DNA of 64,000 nucleotides from Peribolospora baueri (Eukaryota): NCBI GenBank assembly GCA_029717555.1, contig JAMDHS010000001.1, positions 434,001 to 498,000 of the forward strand, read 5' to 3'. Shown piece by piece: positions 1 to 12,226 of this stretch (position 1 is its first letter; each line of letters starts with the position of its first letter). The notes under the pieces were generated by a model. It saw only the letters and a program-made list of their open reading frames with translations, ran no database searches and was not told where the DNA came from. The position numbers and the translations under genes were made by a program.

Positions 1-465
1 CAATGACAGCAAAGCAAATGACCAGAAGTGCCCACAGAGGAACTGGTGATTTCGTCTTTTTAAGTTCTTGCTGAGAGGGCTTGACCGGCGGACGGCCTGC
101 GCGGACGTTCTTTACGAACTGCGTGGGGAGGTAAGACCATTACGTGTAAGTGCGGTGCGAAACGCACGCGACAGAGGGAGAGGTCAGCCGTCGCACTGAA
201 GAAATGGTTGGCGACAAACGAAGCAAAAGCGAGGAAGAGGTTTCCCAATGACGGAGATGCGAAAAAGTCGTCCCGCTCAGCCAGCCAACTCACCTTCTCG
301 TTCTTCCTTCGAATATCAGCTCCGGTCGGCTGGTGGCCAGGTTACGTCGTTCGGTCGGGAAAGAAAGACGATACGAGCAGAGAAGACCAGCACGTCAACC
401 ATTAACTCTCGCATTCAAGTGAGAGTGTCGAGTTTCATGGAGAGGCATCCTTTATATCTTACCAT
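1..465 (-). CDS. RAMP4/SERP1 (Ysy6)-family stress-associated ER membrane protein, 3' end outside window
   Basis: Spliced model: ATG 463-465 | intron GTAAGA..CAG | exon 294-329 | intron GTGAGT..CAG | exon 1-118. Gives MPTGADIRRKNEKFVKNVRAGRPPVKPSQQELKKTKSPVPLWALLVICFAVIG: basic N-terminus, KSPV.W motif and C-terminal TM typical of RAMP4. Absent from the ORF track. Confidence 0.85.
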
Positions 466-759
466 GTTGATGGGGAGGGCAACGAAAATGAAAAGGGGAC
501 CGAATTGTGAGTTCTTCCTGTGCAACATTCTGAGCCACGTCTAGCCACGCTGGCATGTGCGGGGAGGCACGTGACGGCGCTCAGAGGGGGAATGTCAGTC
601 TTAACAACCATCTCGTTCGAAATATGAATCGGCTCATTCGACATATCGGCGAGTGGCAGTAGCAGTTTGTCTCATTCCTCAACTTCGATACATCTACGGT
701 GTGAACGAGAGCTCGCACAAAGAAAAGGGAATGTGGATGGGAAAGAGTAGCTCTACATT

Positions 760-2438
760 TCAGAGGGCGGAGGCACCTGGAGATTTTGGAAAAGGGTGTA
801 GAAACGAGCTTATCAATAACAAGGCGAAACGGGCACGCATGCTGTCGACTCGAGCACTCACCAGTGATAATGTCGACAAGCCTGGAAGATGACGGGACAA
901 AAGTGGGCGTGAGCAAATGGCAAACGAACTTCGCACAGACCCGTAGCAGTGGAGGAAATGACCCACTCAGCCGTGATGGTAGCCTGGCGACCACGGTTGT
1001 ACTGCATCTGAAGGGAGACAATCATGTCACCGGCGTTCTTAGAGGCGTTGTCCATGGCGTTACGCCTGCACGCGGTTGGTAAAGAACGAGTGTGAGTAAT
1101 GAGCCAGGTACGACTGGAATCACGTCCTCAAACACGTAGACCACCAGACTCGACTCACTTGGCGTTGATCTCGGCAGCGTGACCCTCGGCGAGGGCGGCG
1201 TAGATGGCGTTGGCAAGCGAGAACTCGACGAGGTCACGAGTGACGTCGTCCTCCTGCTCGTAAGCCTTGAAGTTGGCTGAAATTGAGAGAACGCCAAAAT
1301 AAAGAAAGGAGTCTGCGTAAGCAAGAGCACGTGGGTTTTACTGACCGAGTCTCAACGTCCAGCAACTCACGGGCGTTCCGGAGCGCCTCCTCATTGAAAG
1401 CCTCCAGCTTGGCAGGCTCGTACGACAGGGCAGACACGAATCGGTTGTAGATGATTTGAACCTGGGTTAAGAATAACATCCAAGACAAGCAGAGGTTTGA
1501 GTGGATGGTCAAGGAGCCTCAGAGAAATGACAACGCACGTTGTCATACTCGACGCCGCTCTTGACGATGGTGTCGGCGATGGCACAGGCGTCAGCAAAGG
1601 TGGGCACGTCCTTGCCGAGCTGATTGAAGGACATGGCGATCTGCTGCGGCGCGGCACGGGCGAGCTGGGCCTTGCTCTTCTCGCCAAGCACGATGACCTT
1701 GGGAGCTTCCTTGCTGTCCTTGCCGCTAGCCTTCACGAGTTCAGCCTTGTAGGCCTTGGTCACAGAGGAGTGGATACCACCGCAAAGACCCTTGTCGGAG
1801 GAAACGACGACGTAGAGAATGCGGCCGCCCTCGGAAGCGACAGCTTCTGCGTTCTTGAAGACCTCTGCATTGGTCGGGCAGGAAGGCGTGCGAGGCCAAA
1901 GAGCTCGGTGTTAGCGATGTCCGATGACGGTTCCGTGTGATCGAGACCGAAGATGTCGGATCGACGAGGAGAGATGATTTGCTCCTCACCTGAGTTGGAA
2001 ACGCCGTACACCTTAGCGGCCTGCATGGCGCGCTGGGCCTTGTTGAGCTTCGTGGACGCAATCATCTTCATGGACTGTGAGAGGAGGATTCGCATAGGAG
2101 AGACGGTGTCAACGTGCGTTCGACCGTGGCTGGCATCCGATCGCCTCCACGTCGACGTTGACGGCGTCATGAAGCACCGCTCTCGCCTGTCCCATCTCTC
2201 AGTGCGCTTATAATGCACCACCCATGTGCTTGTCATGTGGAGACTTTTCGCCGGACAACGTTGTGCTCACCTTGGTGATCTTCTCGATGTTCCGGACCGA
2301 CTTGACTCGAGTCTCAAGCTCGCGGAGAGTGGCCATGTTACGGACGGCGCTGCCGGCGGCGGAGACGGCCGAGGGAGCGGCGAACGTGGAGGCAGCGGCG
2401 GCCACGGAGGGCCTGACGGCGCGGGAGATGACAGACAT
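760..2438 (-). CDS. ATP3: Mitochondrial ATP synthase F1 gamma subunit (multi-exon)
   Basis: Presequence, then [83 protein letters not shown]-stop; canonical splice sites at each break. Confidence 0.96.
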
Positions 2439-2778
2439 GACTGCCAGGACGGGTGTAAGGGTGAAAGAGCGATGAAGAGAGGAGAGAGATGCGCTCTACC
2501 GACGACGGCCGCGAAGGTCGGTTTCGCCGGATCGCTTCGGGCAGGCCCTCGGCGGTGGGCGTGCGGACGCGTGCACGAGGTGAATGACCGCACGCGTGCG
2601 GACGAGCCCTTCCGCTGCCCACGGTCTGGCCAAGTCACGCCGATCATCCATCCGTCCGTTCATACCTTCGAGGCATTCACCGTTTCACGACAAACGACCA
2701 ACATATTCACAGCTTTTGGTCGGCGTTCCCTTTCCTACCCTTTGTTCCCAAACCTATCAACGGCAACATCCCTCGAAC

Positions 2779-4172
2779 ATGTCTGCGGATCCTACCGCCG
2801 TGGAGCCCGCCGTGCAGGAAGATGAGCCTTTTTTCGACCCGACGTTGAAAAAGAAGAAGAAGTCGAAGAAGTCGGTTGCCTTTGACGATCTCGATGGTGG
2901 CGGAAAGCCGGGCGAGGAAGCCGGAGAGTCTGCGACGCCCGAGGCAGAGGGAGGGGAGGCCAAGCCGGCGGATGAGGACGCGGATAACTTGTTCGGAGAC
3001 CTGAAGAAGAAAAAGAAGAAGAAGGCCATCCCAATGGATCTCGTGAGTTGTGACTTTGGCCTGCGCACCGCGTCGTAGTCGCCACTCATGCTCTATTCCT
3101 TTACGTGTTCCTTTGCTTTGGTGTTCCTCTCTCCCGTGAACCCAGGGGGATGAGTCGTCTGCCCATGTGCCTGCGGGCGACGCCGAGTCAGGAGATCTCG
3201 ACTTTTCGGATCTTAAGAAAAAGAAGAAGAAGTCGTCTAAAAAAGCTGCCTTCGACCTCGAGGCGTTCGAGCGTGAGCTGGAGGAGTCGGGTGGCGCCGA
3301 CGGGGAGGCGAAGGCCGAGGGTGATGTCGAAGAGGATCCGTTTGGAAGCGGTGCGGGTGATGAAGACGATAAGGCGGGCGAGCAGGAACAGGCTTGGCTC
3401 GGTTCTGACAGGGACTACCATTACGAAGAGGTGAGTAAGGATGACGACACTCTTTCCTCGGGCCTCTCCCCGCACGTAATTTTGATCGCTCGATGGGTTA
3501 TTCCCCTGAACAGCTGCTCGGCCGAGTGTTTGCCACCCTGCGCCAACTTAACCCTTCTCTCGCGACGGCCGACTCGAAGAAGCGGTACACCATCGTTCCG
3601 CCCAACGTGCAGCGCGAAGGCAACAAGAAGACGATGTTTGCGAACGTGACGGACATTTGCAAGCGCATGCACCGTCAGCCGGAGCACGTCATCCAGTTCC
3701 TCTTTGCCGAACTTGGTACGAGCGGCTCGATCGACGGAGCTCAGAGGCTAGTCATCAAGGGGCGTTTCCAGCAGAAGCAGATTGAAAATGTGTTGCGACG
3801 ATACATCGGTGAGTGGCTCGCAAGGAGTCCTGAGGGTTTTTGTTTTCTGACGGATCGCTAACTCGGTCCCGCTTCTTCGCCCCACTCGTGTCTTGCGCCA
3901 GTCGAATACGTGACGTGCAAGACGTGCAAGTCGCCCGAAACGATGCTCACGAAGGACAACCGAATTTGGATGATGACGTGCGAGCGGTGCGGCTCCACGC
4001 GCTCCGTCAGCGCCATCAAGACCGGTTTCCAGGCGCAGACGGTGAGTAGTCGACGGCGGCGTTGTTTGTCGAAAAGAGGCAGTGTGGACGTTCTTGTTCT
4101 GACTCGATCATGTCTCCACTGCCGTTTGTCTACTACGATCAGACGAGGCGTTCTCTCGCCCGGACAGGGTGA
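2779..4172 (+). CDS. SUI3: Translation initiation factor eIF2 beta subunit (multi-exon)
   Basis: Three poly-Lys boxes, [45 protein letters not shown] and a C4 zinc finger (CKTC..CERC). Last exon 4143-4172 reads [13 protein letters not shown]. Confidence 0.96.
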
Positions 4173-4399
4173 GGGTGATCATCGCCTGCTCTGGGATACG
4201 GTGGCACTCGCACACGTCCGTCTTGACCACTCTCTGGTCTGCCCTGTGCCATCCCTGGCGGGCATGGCATATGTATACACGTCGGACATGCACCGTGTGG
4301 CAACCTATATATACATATATGTGTCTGACAGGCCAGAAGAAAACAGGGCGGTTGATGACCCAGATAGGCGCTCTGGTCTGCAACCTGTGTTGGCGATGT

Positions 4400-4401
<2 letters not shown>

Positions 4402-4433
<32 letters not shown>
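4402..4433. repeat. Poly-T homopolymer (32 nt) between convergent 3' ends
   Basis: Read directly from the sequence. Confidence 0.9.
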
Positions 4434-4435
<2 letters not shown>

Positions 4436-5011
4436 TTCACGTGCAGCGTCGTCGGGGTCGGTGATGACGACGTCAGTGAGCTTCCGTCGGGAGAAACGAC
4501 GAGGACCGGGGAGGAGATGGGAAGAAGGCGAGGCGAGGTGACTGACGTACGCCACCAACGAGGGGTGGGTAGTGGAGGAACTGTGTTTGTCGGTTCAGAA
4601 GAGAGGAGAGGAAAGAGGAGGTGAAATATGCGTGCTTCGTCTCAAGTACACAAGTACACGATTGGGAGAGCTAATGAACAGCACACGTATGCGCGCACAC
4701 ACATAAACAAACGCACTTAGAGGAGAGGAGGAGAGCATAGGAGGAGGAGAGGATGGGAGAGGAGGGGGAGAGGGGGAGAGGGGGAGAGGAGGAGAGAAGG
4801 AGCAAGAAACCGGAGAAAAGAACAGGAAGGAGAAGGAGAAGCGAGCGATCGTGCAGTCGTGATCTAGTGATCCACCAAAGCCTGGCCGGGGACCCGCGCG
4901 GGGCTAAGGGGACAGCGCGGGACGGGACGGGCAGGTAGATGCTCGTTGACGGACCGGGTTGCGAGCATCTTGCTTGAGACCAAGTCACGTCGTGCGACGC
5001 GGCGCTTCACT

Positions 5012-5251
5012 TCAGTTCTTCCAGGGGTGGCCTGTATGTGATCCAGGTAGAGAGAGAAAAAAGCGTAAGAACCCTGGGCCGAGAGAGACAGAGGGAAGGA
5101 GAGAAAGAAAGAAAGAAAGAGACACACCGGGGGGGTAGTCGGTCTTGGGCTCAGAGTTCTGGGGGTTAGGCACAGCCGCGACAAACGTGGCGGGCACCAC
5201 CGTGACGGCGGCGAGGACGGTGGCGATGAAGAGAGTCAGGGAGAGCTTCAT
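5012..5251 (-). CDS. Small secreted peptide precursor A (47 aa after splicing)
   Basis: Exons 5128-5251 and 5012-5031 around a 96-nt pyrimidine-rich GTGTGT..CAG intron give MKLSLTLFIATVLAAVTVVPATFVAAVPNPQNSEPKTDYPPGHPWKN. Clear signal peptide; paralogous to the gene at 6396-6642. Confidence 0.8.
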   Translation of the reverse strand: MKLSLTLFIATVLAAVTVVPATFVAAVPNPQNSEPKTDYPPGVSLSFFLSLLPSVSLGPGFLRFFLSLPGSHTGHPWKN

Positions 5252-5529
5252 GACAGGACGGCGCTACGTGGTTGGGTTTGGGTACTTGACGAGACGAGGG
5301 AAGGGAAGGGGAAGAAAAGAAAAGGAAAAGGAAGGAAGGATGAAGATGGACGTGAGGAGGATGGATGGGATGAGCTTGGCACTCGGCGATGGCAGCAGGC
5401 ACCAGACAAACACGAAGGAAGACGAGAGACGGCGGCGGCAACTCACGAGGGGGTTCGTTCTGGGAAGTCGTGGATGGAACGAGGGGTCAAGAAAGAAAAG
5501 GGGAAGGGGAGGGAGGCAGGCAGACAAGG

Positions 5530-5535
5530 TATATA
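5530..5535 (-). promoter_or_regulatory. Candidate TATA box of peptide precursor A
   Basis: TATATA immediately followed on the minus strand by a CT-rich tract and a GTGAGT 5'-UTR intron donor at 5441-5446. Confidence 0.5.
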
Positions 5536-6045
5536 TCGGTCTACGTGTTATCTAGCCCCAGCCAGTGAAGCCTATGGTCGCCTGTCTCGCCCCCGCGGCC
5601 CCAGTTTTAGGTCGGTACAAGCCACTTCACTTCGACTCGAATCGAATGGGACGTGAGCCTTGTGTCGAAAGCCGATCGCATTCGGAGGGACGCCAAGTCA
5701 AGACGTGTGCCGCAGCCATCCCTTGCCGGGGAGGCGAGCAAGAAGAAGGCAACGATTAGAGAGGGGTAAAAGGAACCGTTTAAACGCTAGCCCAGACAGA
5801 TAAGCAGCGGCCGGGCCGATGGACATACAGACAAGACAGTACCACGCGTGACGGAAAGATAAGAGGAAAAGAGAAAAGGTAAAGGGTGCGTCGTCCGTTC
5901 GTTCGAAAATAGTCGCACGCATCGGGCATCGTGCCGTGGTCGGCGGGCCTACATGCTTAGTTACGTCGGCGCCGGCCTTTCTTCCCACCCCGCCTTGCTG
6001 CCTCCGTCGATCAAGTGACCATGCCGGCCGGCGGGCAGGCACGGC

Positions 6046-6070
6046 GTAGTGTAGTGTAGTGTAGTGTAGT
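6046..6070. repeat. (GTAGT)5 microsatellite
   Basis: Five perfect copies, downstream of peptide gene B. Confidence 0.9.
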
Positions 6071-6395
6071 GTGGTGCCACGTCCCTTTTCAATCATACCA
6101 CCCCGTCGCCGATCGTTATCGCAGACAAAGCAGGACAGGCGACTGTGAAAAGCCTCTGTACGGATATCCCGGTGTTGGAACGTGGTTAATATACAGTACA
6201 AGGCAGTGAAAGGCCCGGCCGACCTATCCATCCGCACCATGGACGTAGCAGCGAGCGATGGGAGACCGAGGGAAGAGGGAAAGCGAAGGAAAAGAGAGGC
6301 GAGCGCGGCAGGCGAGCAAGCTCGTGGACGGGCTCAGTGGCGCGGGCGACGGAAGAAAAGGGGAGGTGCCGCCCACGCACGGTGGGCTGCTCGGC

Positions 6396-6642
6396 TCACT
6401 TCCAGCTCGGGCCTGGGGGGGAGAGAGGGAGACAGAGGCATGGAGTCAGATGGCGGCGGAGGACGGCAGGCAGGGCAGGGATAGGAGGCGAGGGGAGGAG
6501 GGACGTCGACGAAGAGACGCGCATACGCACCATCGATGAAGTCCTGCTTGGGCTCGTCGGGCGTCGGGACAGCAGACGCGACAGGCACGGCGGCGAGGGC
6601 GGCGAAGACGGCGAGAAGGATAGCGGCGACCTGGAACTTCAT
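6396..6642 (-). CDS. Small secreted peptide precursor B (42 aa after splicing)
   Basis: Exons 6531-6642 and 6396-6412 around a 118-nt GTGCGT..CTGAC..CAG intron give MKFQVAAILLAVFAALAAVPVASAVPTPDEPKQDFIDGPSWK. Signal peptide present; same phase-1 intron inside the Gly codon as precursor A. Confidence 0.82.
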
Positions 6643-7950
6643 GGCTGCGACTGTGGGGTTAGCCGATGTAGGCGTTCTTCGATGGCGACGGGGGACGAGA
6701 GGGAGGGGAGACGGAGGGGACGAAGGAAGACAGGGGAGGTCACGGGGAAAAAGGGACAGGGACGGTAGTCGTGTCAGTGAGCGAGACTAGCTACGGCTGA
6801 TGGACGCGGGATCTGAAAGCGCTAGGCCGGGGTAGCGTAGGCACTCACGGGGACGAGGGGCGCGGTGGAGCAAAGGGGGGCGAGGAAGGAGCGGAGGAGG
6901 AGGTTCTACGAGGAAGAGGTGGTGTGGGGCACAAAAGGACGAGGGCGGTGGGGTGGGCCGAGTTTATGTAGTTACAGCGGTTAAGCAGGTCCTAGCCTGC
7001 TAAGAGCAAACCGAGAGGCGCCGCCGACGCTGGGGACCGCCGACGTGGGTGAAAAGGGACGGAGGATGAGGGCCAACGAGCAGGGCCGGCTGACCGCACG
7101 TTGGCACGAGCACAGTGGGGACGGGACGGGAGGAGAAGGGACGGAGGGACGGAGGGGTGGAAGGGAAAGAAAGGAAGCAGAAAAAAGGGCAGTCAGGCGT
7201 TCGTCGCCTGTTGCTGTTGTTGTTGCTGTTGCTGTCGCTGTCGCTGCCGTTGTCCCCACCATCACCAACCCCATCCCAGCCCGCGCCCCTGCAGTGTGTG
7301 CAGCAGCTGTGCAGGCAGGTGGACACACACAGGACGGGAGCGGGAGAGGATCGAGAGAGAGAGAGAGAGAGGAAAAAAAAAAGAGGCGGATGAGTTTCCT
7401 GGTCGTCACGTTCCTTTCCATCCTTTCCATCCATCCGCCTCGGTCGCCAGCCAGGCTGCGCACGGAAAGCCTCAAGCAGAGCATCAAAGGAAGAAAAAAA
7501 AGAAAGAAAAAAAAATAAAGACGGCGTATGTGGCGTGGCGCGTTGCCCGGCCCGGCCCGGCGTGCGGCTAATTGCCTGCCTCTAAGCTCACTGCACTCAC
7601 TGCCGCTTTTCACCAGGTCCGACCTCGGCCCTCTTTAAGCCCCCGTCGCGACGGCGTCAAACGGGTTCAGAAGACGGGCGGGCCAAGCCAGGCCAGGCCA
7701 GGCCAGGCCCAAGCAATCTTCTCTCCCTCTCGCCAGCATTCTCACTCTCCTACTTCTCTTACGTCGCCCCTCTACTCATCACTCTACGCTGTCCCGCACG
7801 CCGCCCCGACTGCTTGTTCCTTTCACAACGGCGGTGGAGGGCTGGCAGAACGGAATGAACGCCGCGCACGAACGGGGAACGGCGACGCCGGCAAAAGTCA
7901 TAAAAGGATAAATGGGGCGGACGACGCCACGCAGCGGCAGGCACACCCGG

Positions 7951-7985
7951 TCTTCTCTTCTCTTCTCTTCTCTTCTCTTCTCTTC
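7951..7985. repeat. (TCTTC)7 microsatellite
   Basis: Direct reading; one of many simple repeats in the intergenic DNA. Confidence 0.85.
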
Positions 7986-8906
7986 TTCTGTCCTAACGCC
8001 GTCCGTCATTTTCAAAAGGAAACGAACGGTAGACGCGCCGCCGAGCCCGTTCTCCGTGTGACCGGTGACTGACTTCTTGACGTCGTGCGCCGTGCATGCG
8101 TCCGAAGGAGGAGCAAGGGTTATCCAGACACCTTACAGGTCAAAAAGAGAGAGAGAGAGAGAGGAAGGAGGGCAGAGGAGAAAAGCGAACGAACGCATCC
8201 ATTCATCCGTCCATCACGTCCAGCCGTTTACGTCGGCGAGTGCATCTTGTGTCTCTCACGTGTAATAAGGATGTACGATAGGAAGACCGCTCGTTCGATG
8301 GGTGGTGGACAGATGGGACGTGCAGGACGCAGGGCAGCCATACCCACCAGGTAGGTACGCGACCGACCCCACAAGTCTCACTTCACTCGCCGAGCGCAGA
8401 GCGGACCGGAAAGACGGGACGGGACGCGGGACCTTTGACTCCAACTCTTTTTTCTCTCGAGATGACGATCAATCAATCCAATCAATCGATGGCCGATGGC
8501 CGATCTCGATTCCTTTCCGATCCCGCCGTCGATCCCCCCCACTTACGTCCACAATCCCACGAGACACCGTCAGACAGACAGACAGACAGATAGATCGATG
8601 GTTTCGCAACCGCAGCTGAACGTCCACCGTTCTCTACAACAATGCTCACAATCGCCCGGAGGACTAAAACGAGGTCGATGCGGTCCTTAATAAAACGAAA
8701 AAGGGGATAAAGCGAGCGGAAGGGGAGACTATTGATACTGTTGCTGTCGATGCTACTACAAGTACAGTGTACGACCAAGGAAAACGCCACACAGCATTTT
8801 CCACCGGGTACGAAGAGGAAGGAAAGGGGGGGGGGATACGACGGACAGTCCCATCCCTATACCTGCCCGCCGCCGAGTTCAACTCCTAATAAAGCGCACA
8901 CAACCA

Positions 8907-11469
8907 TCACACCACGCCATTGGCTGGCCTCGCCGCGTGACCGTTCACGCCATTCATCGCCCCCGCCGCAGGCGTCCCAGCAGACGGTCTAGATGCCGCC
9001 GCGTCCACGGCTCCTGACGAGTCCTGACGTGAACGTCCTCCTCCTCCTCCTCCTCCGCCACCGGCCCGCAACCATCCGGATTCGTCAAAAAAGTCCCAAA
9101 TTCGACCCGTCTTGTTCACGTCGATCCGAACCAGTTCTCGCGCCTGCCGCTTCGTCAGACGTCCCTCCCGCACAGCGTACTCGCGCAATATCGTCTCCTT
9201 GATCACCAAGTACGGCTGGGGCATGATCCGCAGAGTGCTGCACAGCGCAATCTCCGGCGCCGACAGCAGGTGGAGCGACGGGGCGGACCATAAGTTGAGC
9301 GGCGCTGGAGGCTTGCGACCCGTTCGCTTGTGCTCCTCGCCGTGCTTGCCCGCACCATTTGAACCCCGTGCGTCCCCCGATGGCGAGCCGCCCATCCCAC
9401 TGATCGACCCGCGGCCGTGGTGCCGCCCACCGGTGCCGGCGGTGCCGGTGCCGTACCCTGTCTCTCGTGGCCCGAGCGGCCGTAACGCAAGCTGAGCATC
9501 CATTGGAAGAGAGTGTGAGCCGATGACATCGACGACGTACGTGGTCGCTCCAAAACACAAAACACCCAATCCACTCACCCTCGCAGCCCTGTCTTTCTCA
9601 TACTTCTCCGCCTCCGCCAAGCTCGTGATCCCCAACCTGCGATAGTTCTGCAACTCGGCTGCCCGCCGCTTGAGGGCCTCCTCAAAAACGAGGCCGTTAA
9701 TAAAATCCTCGTGGTCTCGCGCCGTCTGCATCTGCGCAAAGTGTCGCACCCGGGCTACGAGCTCTCGTTCCTCCCTTGGTCGTTTGCGTTCCGCCGCTTG
9801 GTTCTGATCGTGAGTTTGATGAAAGAACTTGGTCAAACCAACGTTTACCAGTACGAAGGCCAGAGTGCAAAGCGTCACAACGACCCGGTCAACTCACCTT
9901 CTTAAAGTCCAACAACCCTCTCTCGAATAAGAACCTCTTTCGCCTCGCTCTTCGATCCAACCTGTCGTTGTACATCTCCAGCACCGTGCATTTGAGCTCC
10001 AAGTCCACCGGGTCCTCGTCCCAATCCGGCAGTCCGCCCGTCTCCCCGGATGAATCCCCATTTTCGGGCGCTGTGGAAAAGCTCTCCTTGTCTTTGCCCT
10101 TGGCAGACGCGGAGGCGGACATGGGTGGGCGGTTGCTCGTCGATGATGGCGCCGCTGAGATGGCTTGCGACTGGGCTTGCGACGACTCCGCAGCGTCCTC
10201 CCCCGCGATACCGTCCGTGTCGCCATCTTCTCCAGCAGCAGCACCAGCCACGACGCCGTCCATCTCGTCCGCCACCGCCCCTCCATCCGCCTGCCCATCC
10301 TCTCCGCGCTCCGCCTCCGCGTCCACGGCCCCAGGGCCCCAATATATCCCTTCACCGCCATATTTCCGGACCTTGCCAAATTCCATGTCCTTCACAAGCA
10401 TCTCTGCCTCGTTCTCGAACTCGTGCTCAAACTCCAGGCGGCCCGGCATGTAACCCTGGATGTCGGAGCGGTTGGTGGGAGCGGAGACGAGGGGCTTCGG
10501 CGTCGATGTCAACAATGCTGTAGAGACGAGACGAGAGGGTAAGTAGAACGAACAAAGTGTCAAAATGACAGCGAGGAGGCCAAGTCCATGCAGATGCGGT
10601 ACTCACATGATCGCTTGGCATTTAGACCCTCAATCCGCCGCTTCTTCCTCTGCTGGAATTCCTCCTTGTCGACGTCGGGCACGTACTCCATGTCCGGCAA
10701 CAGCTCCTCCACATTATCCGTCACGCCTTTCTCGACCTTGACCTCGCCACCTTTGGAAACGCTGCCTTCGCCGCCGATCACGCCAGCGTGAACATACACC
10801 TCCAAGTAGTGCTTCTCTACCTCCTCCTTCGTCCGGTTGCCGATGTGGTCGGCGATGTCCGCCCAGTTGCCAAGACCAAAGGTCTGACATCCGTCGATCA
10901 GCAAGAGCTCCCTAAGCACGATCGGAAAGAGGAGGAGAGTAGGTCAACATGGAAACATGTGCGAACAATGACGGCGAAATGTTGCACTCACTCATCCGCC
11001 CCCCAGTCAGATACAAAGATCGGATACGCGTGCTGTTCCTGAAAAGGGAAAGAAATGTGACATACGGATCAGTCATGTCCCTACATCCAACTGACGGAGA
11101 ACGACCCGAGCACAATAATCAGCCGCTCGCGGTCATCCCTTTCGTGGTACTCACCACAATCCTATAGTCATGCCACGGCTCGTGTTTTCCAGCCTTGGCA
11201 CCCATGCAGAAGCAAGAACCACAGAGGTCAAAGTCATCGCAGCCGCCTGCGCAGCGAACGCGCACGGTGTAAGTGATATCGGCGCCGCATGCGTCACAGT
11301 GGTACTGTATACCTGGTTCGGAGGCTGATAGCAAAGCAAAATGATGGAGGAGAAGGCGTGAGCAGACGTCATGGAGTGATAAGGAGATAAAAATGCAAAG
11401 AATTCAGAGTGACTCACCCGACTTATCGTCGGCCTTCGTGACCTGCGTCCTCCTGTGTGTGACCGTCAT
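8907..11469 (-). CDS. ADA2: SAGA complex transcriptional adaptor 2 (multi-exon)
   Basis: ZZ finger ([22 protein letters not shown]), SANT ([35 protein letters not shown]), [18 protein letters not shown] and C-terminal SWIRM ([13 protein letters not shown]). Confidence 0.95.
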
Positions 11470-12226
11470 GGCCGAGTGGCGGTGCGATGACGGACAAGGG
11501 AACGAAGTAAAGAGGACTTCACCCTCTCTTCCAACTCGTATCGGCCCTCTAAGCGATACGAAGAAGAATATAAGGAGAGAGAGTGGGGGTGGTGACGAAA
11601 AGCGGTCAGTTTGGAGAAGGGGGTTGCGGTTTGGTAATGTTGACAATGGTGTTTGATGAGAGAGGCGAGATGGGATGTTGATGATCACGGCGTCGACGCG
11701 ACTGCGGCAATTGGGGTGTGAAGGGGCTAGCGTGCATAAACCGCCGACGACCACGTGAACGTTTTCGTTTTCCTTACGTCTCCGGACCTAAGATGCGTGA
11801 CATCGTCCGGAGAAGACGGCAGCCCCCGGGTTGGCACCTCGCACGTCAGACGACTCTTGACTCAAACCGACCGACATACATCCGACAAAAATGTAGAAAA
11901 ACACCATTCCAGACACCTCCTTCTAAGCTACGCCGCGAGATATACATACGCACGGCAAATGTCGAGGCAGGTACGTTCGCAGTCTAACAGGGCTAGGAAG
12001 ACCCTCGGCCATGGCCAACTCCAATCACGTCTCTTCGCGAGGGGCCAGAGCGGCCTGCGTAGAACAAAAAAGATTGCAAGCGACGTTATAGTAGTGTACA
12101 GTAGGCGAGAGTTCGATTCGCACAAGAGGAAAGCGAAAGAGGATATTCCAGAAGCGGAAAAATGAGCGGGGATGGATAGATTCGCTAGGAGAAGTAACTC
12201 TTTAGGCGGAGGAGACCCTGCATGAT

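Noticed and set aside
4402..4433. Poly-A on the minus strand as a retroposition tail of peptide gene A
   Set aside because: The gene retains introns, no target-site duplication is seen, and homopolymers are common in this window.
5012..5251. Unspliced 79-aa ORF as the true product
   Set aside because: The middle 96 nt is a CT-rich tract bounded by GT..CAG at the same position as the paralogue's intron; read-through is in frame only because 96 is divisible by 3.
6981..7613. Third peptide paralogue or a real 210-aa ORF
   Set aside because: Made of simple repeats; no signal peptide plus EPK..GxxWK core was found.
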